Shown: positions 28,396 to 37,400 of the stretch, piece by piece
How positions within the stretch are numbered: position 1 is the stretch's first letter
Layout of the letters: the number at the start of each line of letters is the position of its first letter
Assembly (NCBI GenBank): GCA_029258825.1
Contig: JAPDKA010000001.1
Location: forward strand, 101,797 to 165,796
DNA length: 64,000 bases
From: an archaeon
GTDB taxonomy: Archaea > Nanobdellota > Nanobdellia > Pacearchaeales > JAPDKA01
Direction of reading: 5' to 3'
Translations under genes and position numbers: made by a program
Notes under the pieces: generated by a model
Database searches by the model: none
What the model saw: the letters and a program-made list of their open reading frames with translations, nothing else
What the model was told of the DNA's origin: nothing

Positions 28396-30111
28396 TTACA
28401 GACTCGTAAGTTTCACCAACTCGCTAAGATTAAGTTCAAAAAGCGAAACAGGAACATTAAGTTTGAAATTGTTCAACACAGCAGGATGCACTTCACCAAT
28501 AAAACCGACTTTCTTTGCCGGGCTAGTGTTACTGCCTGCGCTAACAATTATGCTGCCCGTTCTACCTTCAATAAAGCTGTCATGATCGATACGTTCAAGT
28601 TTAAAATTAAGGTTTAACTCGCGCATTAAGTATTGCAACACCTGCTTAGCATTAGTAAAGGTTATATTGGCATGAGACAACACAACACACAATCTTAATT
28701 GTTCTTCTACTTTTTGTTTTGAATTTTTTTCAATTTGATTTTGGCGTTGCTGATTTTCTTTAGGATTAACAACATAGCCGATTTCGAAAATATTTTGAGG
28801 ATATTCAGCATTTTTACTTTTTTCAAGAACGCTTAATAAGCAAGGATAAAGATTATTGCGCAGGCAAGCGTAATTAAGAGAAACAGGGTTAGCAACAGCG
28901 ATCGGTTTTTCTTTTAGCCTTACAGCTTTAGTTAGTTTTTGCTTATCTGTTAAAATAAATGTTGCAACTTCCTGAAATTGCAAACCAACAAGTAGCTCTC
29001 TTATTTTTGCTTTTAACTTATCTAGTTTGGCTTCAGTTGATTCGTCAATGCTTAGATCAATCAATTCAAAATCTGGCATTGTTGGTATTATATTGTTGTA
29101 ACCATAAGCTATAAGCAAATCTTCAATGATATCTCGCGCATTCATAATGTCTTGCCTATAATTAGGATAACTAAACACAAAACAATTTTTTTGCGTTTTA
29201 ACATCAAAACCACATTTGTTTGCCAGTTGCTTGATTTGTTTAAAGTTAAATCTAAATGCTTCTAGCTTTTTCTTGCTTACTTTAATTGTTTGCTTTTCAA
29301 ACTTGAGCATAGTCGTTTTATTAGGATATTTAATTTTAACTGTATAAAGCTTTGCATTTCTGTCTGCCAAAGCTAAAGCAACAGACAACGCTACTGGCAG
29401 GACAAAACGTTCACTGAAGCCTGTCACTTCAACAAAAAGGTTTTTTGTTTGCTCTGTAACCTTACCCGTATAAGCTGAGTTAATGATTGGAGGCATACTT
29501 AATACATTATTAGCATTATCGATAAGAATAGGGTACTCTAAAAAACCTTCTAACAAATGTCCGTATTGCTTACCTTTCTCATGCCTTGACAATATTTGTT
29601 TAAGGCTTAATTCTTTATCAAAGTCAAGAGGCACAAACTTAAACTCGGGCGGCTTAGTTGTATATGTAATCGGCCAAACAATTTTATCAAAATCGTAAAT
29701 ACCTAAAGAAGCTTGTTCTCTTTTTCTGCCAAAATTCTCGCACAGTTTTTCCTGCAACTGTATAAGCTGTCTAAGTAAAGCATCGTTAATGTTAACATTT
29801 TTAGCAATAAAACAAGTAATGCATGGCCTTACGCTAAGAACTTTCTTATCAACTTTAAGCAAAAACTGTGATGGTTGTAGCTTATATTGCTTTAATTTGC
29901 CGAACACTTTACTATTTATTTCTCTAGCAAGACCTTCAACGCACCATAACTCTGGACGGTTAACATCTTTAATATCAACCTTTAACACATCACCATCTAC
30001 CGATTTTATTTCTGCTTTTGCATAACTAAGGTAATCGCTAAGCATAGCTAAATCTAACTTTTTTCCTAAAAGTTGCTCCATATCAGCTTTGCTTATTTCG
30101 ATTGTTGGCAT
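28396..30111 (-). CDS. pheT: Phenylalanyl-tRNA synthetase beta subunit
   Basis: NRPELWCVEGLAR, LSMPPIINS, YRQDIM..DIIED, GEVHP. Confidence 0.95.
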   Translation of the reverse strand: MPTIEISKADMEQLLGKKLDLAMLSDYLSYAKAEIKSVDGDVLKVDIKDVNRPELWCVEGLAREINSKVFGKLKQYKLQPSQFLLKVDKKVLSVRPCITCFIAKNVNINDALLRQLIQLQEKLCENFGRKREQASLGIYDFDKIVWPITYTTKPPEFKFVPLDFDKELSLKQILSRHEKGKQYGHLLEGFLEYPILIDNANNVLSMPPIINSAYTGKVTEQTKNLFVEVTGFSERFVLPVALSVALALADRNAKLYTVKIKYPNKTTMLKFEKQTIKVSKKKLEAFRFNFKQIKQLANKCGFDVKTQKNCFVFSYPNYRQDIMNARDIIEDLLIAYGYNNIIPTMPDFELIDLSIDESTEAKLDKLKAKIRELLVGLQFQEVATFILTDKQKLTKAVRLKEKPIAVANPVSLNYACLRNNLYPCLLSVLEKSKNAEYPQNIFEIGYVVNPKENQQRQNQIEKNSKQKVEEQLRLCVVLSHANITFTNAKQVLQYLMRELNLNFKLERIDHDSFIEGRTGSIIVSAGSNTSPAKKVGFIGEVHPAVLNNFKLNVPVSLFELNLSELVKLTSL

Positions 30112-30132
30112 TTTAGTTTTATTTAGCTATGA

Positions 30133-31716
30133 TTATTTTAATGTTTGTTTTCGTAAAAATTCAAGCTGATTGCTAAACAATAAGCGTATATCATTTAAGC
30201 CGTATTTTATCATTGCAAGTCTATCAATACCTAAACCCCAAGCAAGTACTGTAATGTTTTCATCATAACTAGAGCCAAGCAATGGTTTAACAACTTCTTC
30301 TCTAAAAATGCCTGCGCCACCTATTTCAAGCCAATTCTGCTGAAATTTTACATCAATTTCAACGCTAGGCTCAGTAAAAGGATAGTAATCTGGCAAAAAT
30401 CTTATATGTTTTGCTTTTGTAATACTCAATGTTAATTGTTTCAACACACCAAGCAAATGGTTAAAGTTAAGGTTAATACCAATAATGATCCCTTCAAGTT
30501 GGTTAAACTCGCTTAAATGCGTTGAATCAACAACATCTGGCCTAAAGCATCTTGCAAGTGCATAGTATTTAGCAATTACAACTGGATCAGAGCTTTTCAC
30601 TTTTATTGTTTTTAGCTTTTCACGCAACTTATACAAGGTGTATGCACTAACTACTGTTGTCTGGGGCCTCAATATAGCTTGTTTTGCTTTTTCTTCACTC
30701 CAAGTATACTTCCATGATTGCTCATGCGTTTGCTTTACTGCTTTAACCAGTTGTTTCGGCATTTCAAGTTTTGAAGCCACATTAACGCTGTATGTGTCTG
30801 ACCACTCTCTAGCAGAATGAAACTGCGGTTGAAATAAGGCATCAAAATTCCAGAACTCATTAACAATTAAAGGTCCATACATTTTTTTGAAACCTAATTG
30901 CTTTAGCATAGTTTCAACTTCAGCAAGAAAATGCAAGTAATAATGAGGTTTACCTCCTTGTATTGATGGTACACTACTTGTTATATCATAATAGCGGAAT
31001 TTTTGGCCACGCCACGATTTTGATTTGAGCATCTCAGGAGTGAGCCTTTCTATAAGTTTGACTTTTTCTTTTTCAAGCAATGGCAAGATAGCTTTGCCTT
31101 TTTCTGTTAATTCATAATTATATATGCTCTGTTTTTCTACCTCAATAATTCCTGGCCGCTTTACAAGTTGTTCATAGCAGTATTTTTGTTCATCAGTTAA
31201 CGCGTTAATATCAAGGGGCAATTGCTCAAGAAATTTTTCTTCTAGCAATTTTTTTGATGCTTGCTTAACAAGTTTTATAACATTTTTATCAATTTCGATT
31301 ATACCATATTTTTTTAGCACACCTATTGCTGCTGTTAGCTCTTGCTGTGTTAAAAATGATTTTGCTTCCTCAAATGTTATAGACTTATCACTAGATTTAT
31401 ACAAAGCGTTAAGCAATTGTCTTTCTGGTAATCCTTTTTCTCTATACACCAGTCCGTTTTTGCCTAGAACAACTTTCTTTGTTTCACTTACATGCAATTT
31501 TATAAGACCTTTGTTCGATAGAAACATTAACGCGCGCAGTACTGCTTCCTTATTAAGCTTGGTCTTTTCGATGAGTTGTTCTAAATTACAAGAACTGAGT
31601 AAAGGTAAAACAGCACGCTCTTCTTCTGTTAAACTTAACAAAATATCTTGCAACTCATTAAGCTTATTATGCTTAGATTTACCATTGTGCTTATGCTTAG
31701 CTGCTTGGTTTGACAT
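30133..31716 (-). CDS. pheS: Phenylalanyl-tRNA synthetase alpha subunit
   Basis: FWNFDALFQPQFHSARE, THLSEFNQLEG, YPFTEPS, AWGLGIDRL; start reassigned so it does not run through tRNA-Trp. Confidence 0.95.
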   Translation of the reverse strand: MSNQAAKHKHNGKSKHNKLNELQDILLSLTEEERAVLPLLSSCNLEQLIEKTKLNKEAVLRALMFLSNKGLIKLHVSETKKVVLGKNGLVYREKGLPERQLLNALYKSSDKSITFEEAKSFLTQQELTAAIGVLKKYGIIEIDKNVIKLVKQASKKLLEEKFLEQLPLDINALTDEQKYCYEQLVKRPGIIEVEKQSIYNYELTEKGKAILPLLEKEKVKLIERLTPEMLKSKSWRGQKFRYYDITSSVPSIQGGKPHYYLHFLAEVETMLKQLGFKKMYGPLIVNEFWNFDALFQPQFHSAREWSDTYSVNVASKLEMPKQLVKAVKQTHEQSWKYTWSEEKAKQAILRPQTTVVSAYTLYKLREKLKTIKVKSSDPVVIAKYYALARCFRPDVVDSTHLSEFNQLEGIIIGINLNFNHLLGVLKQLTLSITKAKHIRFLPDYYPFTEPSVEIDVKFQQNWLEIGGAGIFREEVVKPLLGSSYDENITVLAWGLGIDRLAMIKYGLNDIRLLFSNQLEFLRKQTLK

Positions 31717-31761
31717 GTTAAAATCAGCAAAACCAGATTTAAAAATATAGCGGCAAAAGCA

Positions 31762-31832
31762 TGGGGCCAGAGGGATTCGAACCCCCGTCTGCCGGTCTGG
31801 AGCCGGCCGTTCTGCCATTGAACTATGGCCCC
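31762..31832 (-). tRNA. tRNA-Trp(CCA), intronless
   Basis: GGGGCCA...TGGCCCC-A, anticodon arm GCCGG-CTCCAGA-CCGGC. Confidence 0.95.
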
Positions 31833-31944
31833 AACACCAAATCAAAATCTAGAATGATATTTAAACCTTGCTACTTGAATTCCAAACATTTAAATATGTG
31901 GAATCATAATCTAAACTAACAAAGTAAAAGCAACACAAATTAGA

Positions 31945-32325
31945 ATGGCAAAAAAAAGAGGTAGTAAAAAGAAAAAGCAAGATATAGAAAAGTTATTTTT
32001 AGAAAATTTGTTGTTGCTTGAAAAAACTCTTGCTGAGTTAGTAACTTCATTCAAAAAACTTGAAGCAAAACTTACAAAACTTTTGAATGTATTTGAAAAA
32101 GCTGCTGAAGCTATTTCTGAAGCTGGAGAAGAGAAAAAGGTAAAAGAAACAATTACTGAAAAAAAGAAAGAAGAAAAAGTAACAAAAACAACAAAACCGA
32201 CAAAAGCAGCAAGCGATGAACTTGCATCAAAGTTAGAATTGCTCATTGAGCAAAATAAAGCAATAGCAGAAGGATTAATGTTACTTGAAAAATTCATAAA
32301 AGAAAAGCTAGAAGAAAAAGAGTAA
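31945..32325 (+). CDS. Coiled-coil hypothetical protein
   Basis: Two amphipathic helices; ends KLELLIEQNKAIAEGLMLLE. Confidence 0.75.
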   Translation: MAKKRGSKKKKQDIEKLFLENLLLLEKTLAELVTSFKKLEAKLTKLLNVFEKAAEAISEAGEEKKVKETITEKKKEEKVTKTTKPTKAASDELASKLELLIEQNKAIAEGLMLLEKFIKEKLEEKE

Positions 32326-32331
32326 TTAAGT

Positions 32332-32928
32332 ATGGCAAATCGCAAATTAATGCATGAAAAATTTGAGAAATTTCTACTTGAAGCGATAAAGCAAACGCGA
32401 AACTTAAAGAGAAAAATCAAAAGAAAGCCAGAAAAAACTAGGAAAAAAGAAATAGAGAAAAAAAGCATCGAAAAACCAAAATTGATCATGAGACAATTCG
32501 CCATGCCTGAAACAAAATTGTTTAGACCTTTGCCAGAATTTGCTCAACAAGTAGGCAAGGCTGAAGTAAAGCTGTTAACAAGCTTAAAAGAGTTTAAGCC
32601 AAGTATAAAGCAAGAGCAATTTAAGGAAGGAGTGAAAGAAGAAAAAAAATTTGATTTTGGAAAATTGAATGAAATAGTGTACAAGCCAGAAGTAGCCGCA
32701 ATAGAATGTAATGGTCCTAACACAGAAATCATAGCAAAAACAAGAGATGAAAAAATAATAAAGACAAACATAAAACTAACCAAAGATGAAATAATGGAAT
32801 TGATAGCAAAAATATCGGCAAATACAAAAGTGCCAATTACAAGATTGTTTCAAGCCATATTTAATGAATTTAGCATTACAGCAATCATCGATGACGAACC
32901 AAAATTCGTGATAGCAAAGTTAAAATAA
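32332..32928 (+). CDS. Hypothetical protein resembling the N-terminal region of secretion/pilus ATPases
   Basis: FGKLNEIVYKPEVAAIECNGPNTEII..TNIKLTKDEI; no Walker motifs. Confidence 0.6.
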   Translation: MANRKLMHEKFEKFLLEAIKQTRNLKRKIKRKPEKTRKKEIEKKSIEKPKLIMRQFAMPETKLFRPLPEFAQQVGKAEVKLLTSLKEFKPSIKQEQFKEGVKEEKKFDFGKLNEIVYKPEVAAIECNGPNTEIIAKTRDEKIIKTNIKLTKDEIMELIAKISANTKVPITRLFQAIFNEFSITAIIDDEPKFVIAKLK

Positions 32929-32950
32929 AAATAATTAAAACAAAAATAAA

Positions 32951-33730
32951 ATGATAAATTACACGCCCATTCCGGTTTTAATGCAAATAGGAAGCATTAA
33001 GATATATAGTTGGGGGGTTATGTTAGCAATAGCGATTATTGTAGCAGTATTACTTATATTGAAAAAAGCACAACAAGAAAAATTAAGCAAACAACATTGC
33101 ATAAACATAGTACTTATATCTATAATTGTTGGACTTATATTCGCCCACCTTGGATGGCTTGTTGAAAATAAACCGCGCAGCTTTATAGATATTATTAACA
33201 TAACTAGCGGACTTGCTTTTTTTCCAGGTTTTATTGCAGGATTGCTTGCGGGCATTACTTATGTGAAATGCAACAAATTAAACTTAATGCACTATCTTGA
33301 CGTGTTTATGCTTTACTTTCCATTAGCACATGCTATAGCCAGAATTGGTTGTTTTCTTAATTGGGACGATTATGGCAAATACACAAACGTGGCATGGGCA
33401 ATAAAAGTACAAAATGATCTGCCAAGACATCCAACACAAATTTACCATGTCATAGCAAACCTGTGTATATTTGCTGTACTCATGATTATCGACAAAAAAA
33501 AGAAAAAAAACTACTATAAACAAAATCATGGCATAGTATTTGTGTGGTATTTATTTTTGTACAGCATTACAAGATTTATCATTGAGTTTTGGCGAGACAA
33601 TCCTTTGCATTACGGATTAACAGCAAGTCAATGGTTTTGCCTTGGTATGTTTTTATTTGCTATCTGCATGAGCATTAGTCAACAAAAGAAAAATCAAAAA
33701 AGCAAATCAAAAAAATTAAACCAAACATAA
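32951..33730 (+). CDS. lgt: Prolipoprotein diacylglyceryl transferase homolog
   Basis: About 7 TM; ARIGCFLNWDDYG, RHPTQIY, YSITRFIIEFWR, LTASQW. Confidence 0.88.
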   Translation: MINYTPIPVLMQIGSIKIYSWGVMLAIAIIVAVLLILKKAQQEKLSKQHCINIVLISIIVGLIFAHLGWLVENKPRSFIDIINITSGLAFFPGFIAGLLAGITYVKCNKLNLMHYLDVFMLYFPLAHAIARIGCFLNWDDYGKYTNVAWAIKVQNDLPRHPTQIYHVIANLCIFAVLMIIDKKKKKNYYKQNHGIVFVWYLFLYSITRFIIEFWRDNPLHYGLTASQWFCLGMFLFAICMSISQQKKNQKSKSKKLNQT

Positions 33731-33735
33731 AAATA

Positions 33736-34389
33736 TTATAACTTCCTAATGCCAAGTTCATCAAGAATATCAGCTGGCTTTTGTGTTTGTTTTTCTTGTT
33801 TTTTTTGCAGTTCTTCGTAACTTCTTCTTAGAGATTTCCAATGAGCAATATCGTGTGTCTTGCCAAGACGCATGTAAATCTCGATAATCTTATCAATGAT
33901 TTGTAAAGTTTTTTCTGGTTGCAATACATTCAAATCGACTATAACGCTTAAAGCTTTTACAGTTTCATTATATTTTTTATTAGCAAAGCACTCATTAGCT
34001 TTACTAATCAATGCATTAACTAAACGTATATCTAAGTTATGCTTAATAGCTTGTGGCTGCTCTGCTTTTGCTTTGTTAAAAGCATGTAACGCAATATTAT
34101 ATTGACCTGCTGCAATAAGCAATTCTCCTTGTCTTGCATAAAGTTCAGTTTTTTCTTTCTCTTTTCTTGCCAATTCAGCAGCACTTCCTAAGTGATTGCT
34201 AGCAAGCATTAACCAATTTCTCGCTTTATAAAGTTCAGCAAGTTTAATGTGTGCATAAACACGTACTTCATCATCTATGTTTTGTTTCAATAAATTTTCA
34301 AGAAATTCTAGCTTAAGGTTTTCTGAAGTAAGCGCATTAAGCTTGGCTTCAATTTGCTTAAGTTTGTCATCATGCTTGTAATCATGCAT
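33736..34389 (-). CDS. TPR-like helical protein
   Basis: Repeated LAELY..A / GELLIAAGQYNIA helical pattern. Confidence 0.65.
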   Translation of the reverse strand: MHDYKHDDKLKQIEAKLNALTSENLKLEFLENLLKQNIDDEVRVYAHIKLAELYKARNWLMLASNHLGSAAELARKEKEKTELYARQGELLIAAGQYNIALHAFNKAKAEQPQAIKHNLDIRLVNALISKANECFANKKYNETVKALSVIVDLNVLQPEKTLQIIDKIIEIYMRLGKTHDIAHWKSLRRSYEELQKKQEKQTQKPADILDELGIRKL

Positions 34390-34413
34390 ACTGAATACGC
34401 ACTGTTTAATTTT

Positions 34414-37400
34414 TTAAAACTTTTGGTGATAGCTTGATACAATGGTTGATCTACCATAATTGAGATTTCTGTTAGCTATTATTTTGGTAATGATGGCATA
34501 AATAATAGTCATCAGAATTATCAAGCTTATCAAGATAACAATTATCTGTTGTAGTTTGTTCACAACCGCAGTTTCTGTCGTAATACCATAACCAACCAGC
34601 TCTACTTTAATTTTACCTGGAGCGTAACTTAATACATAAGCAATACCATTTTCATCTGTTTTTGTCCTGACAACTTCGCCAGAAGGTAATTGAATGATCA
34701 ATTCTTGATTTCTTATAGGATTGCCTGAACTATCTCTTACTTTGATAGTAATTAATTGTCCAACATTAACAGTTTCTGGAACTTCTACATTTGGTTTTGG
34801 CTTGGCATTGACATTAACTTGCTCTACATCCAAACCGGCAACATATGCTTTTATAACATGTTTTCCTGCAGCCAACATAATATTAATTCTGCCGTCAGCA
34901 GTAGAATAATTCACACCATCGACATTAATAATACCATCAACATAACTGTTGTTATACATCAGACTAATTGTAATGTTCTTTCCTTCTACAATAACATCAG
35001 GCAGCATAATTCGTAAACCTTCTCCGGCAATGCATTTGTGATTGTAACAATGCATGCCCTGTTCGCAGTCAGCATTGCTACAGCATTCATAAGCTATACA
35101 TTTATGCTGCTTGATTACACCACATTTACATTCAACATTAATACAGTAATGGTATTGATTGCAGTACTCGTTTTGTTTGCAATCGTTATCTGTTATACAT
35201 TCTGCGCAGAACTTCTTTGTTGTTCCTTGTAAACATAAACCTGAAACACATTGCATGTCGTATTCACATTTTAAACCCAGAGGAATGTTACAATGAACAA
35301 TATCAATTTGTTTTTGTATACTGCAATATCCTTGTTTAGATGCTTTAACTGTCCATTTACCATAACTCAACGCAATACTTGCTGTGCCGCTAGCATCTGT
35401 ATATATTGTTTTTCTTGTCAAACCATTCACAAATGTTATTGCTACATTTGCTATGCCAGATTCCCTACTTGCCGTAACTTCAAAAGTTTGTTGCTCGCAT
35501 GCGACAGACGGCAAGGATAAGTCAAAGTTAATACATTCTGTCTCGCCACCACCAGCTGAAACTTGGGTAATTGAAACAGTAAAACTTATAGTTTTATTTG
35601 AACTATGGCCAACATTATCTGAAGCATAAACAGTTAAAGTGTAACTACCATCATTCAAGCTGAGTGTGTCGTTGATAAAGTAATTGTTGATCTTTATTAG
35701 TGTATATGTAACATTGTTTATTACAGCGTATACGCTTGATTCGTTCAAACTTAAATCATCTACGCTAACGTTAATTAAGTTTACACTTGTCGAATAAGTT
35801 GTTGATTGAGGATAGTTTATAGTTATGTTAGGTGGTGAAATATCAACAGTCAAGTTTGAACTAACACTGGCTTTGTTTGCATCATCATCGCTACATTGAA
35901 CTGTATAATTATATTTACTTTCATTAAGAGTAATTGTTTTTGTGCAATAGCTAGCATTAACGCAATACAAGCTGTATACAGAAAGATTGCTGCTTAGAAG
36001 GTCTCTAATAATTATATCACAGCTTAAGTTTGTATCAACGTTATCTGTAACAGTAAAATTAAACAGCACTGTTGTATTGTTTGTAACAGTATAATCAGGT
36101 TTATATAAAGTTAAATTTGGCTCTTGTATATCAGCAAGTAAGATAGTTACTTCTTTATTTGTTGTTATGTTTTCTATTGTGTAGTTTAATCCATAACCAA
36201 CACTTAACTTGTGCGCTGTAATGTTATAAGGATTAAAACTGGTTGAGCCTGTTGAATTTTGCTTTAGTTCATACAATGGAGTTGTTATTTTGCCGCCATC
36301 TGTATTTCCTGTAAATGCTACAGCATCATAAACATTATATGCTGTAACATTTGCATTGCTGATGCTTTTTCCTTGCGTATTATTAACATAAACATCAACC
36401 CACCACCCCACCCAAATCGTTGCATTGCCCCCGACAGTAAAACTGTCCCTATCAAACGTCACATTTACAAGATAATTATTGACATGCTCAGTTGTATTCG
36501 AGTAAACAGCATAACTCCAACTCACGCTCGGATTAGCAATCACGCTGTCCTTCACATAGTTATCTATAGGCTGGTTATCGCCGTAATTAGTAAATGCTAA
36601 ACTATGGTAAACATTACCTTTCTGAACAAAAACACGCTCAAACTCGCTGTATTTCGCACCTTCAAACCACAACCTTGAATTCCAAAACGTATTGTTGTAG
36701 CCCGTCGTGTAATAACTGCCCGCCCTAACTTTAATGCCAACCGTTTTATTGCTGACTGCAATGCTGTTGTTAAATATGTTATGATTTATGCTTGTGTAAT
36801 TGCTTTTTTCAATCTGTATGCCTGCACCATAATCAACAAAATCGTAAAACTTGTTACGCTCGATTGTCCAATTGTTCGCACCATCAACCAAGTAAACCCC
36901 AATCTTCCCACCACTAATCGTGTTGCCCGTCACATTATTGTTGCTTGCATGATAGCTGTAAATACCATAACCATCACTAGCTGTTATTGTCAGCGTGTTG
37001 TTGAAGATTGTGTTGTTGTATTGCTGGTTGTAAATTGTATAATAATAAATAGCGGTGTCAGCAGAAATCGTGTTGTTAATTACCTCTACATACTTCGGCC
37101 AATATTTACTGCTGTAATATGTAAGATAGACGCCGTATTGCGATTGGGTTATGTTGTTGTTGTATATTCTTGATTTTTGACAATATCTTCCTGCAATTGC
37201 TTTTGTCGCATTAACGAATTTGTTGTTTTCAATTAATTGATTATCGCCGTAAAGATTATGGCCGACATTACTAATATTAGTGAAATTGTTAAACTTTATT
37301 TCATTATAAGCAGCTCCCGTACCCTCTGCAACACCATTATAAACATTTTCGAATTTGTTGTAATAAATATAATTCTTGTAGCCGTATCTAGGGAATGTTA

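Noticed and set aside
31717-31845. N-terminal extension of PheS in the ORF track
   Set aside because: Runs through tRNA-Trp; ATG 31716 follows a TATA element.
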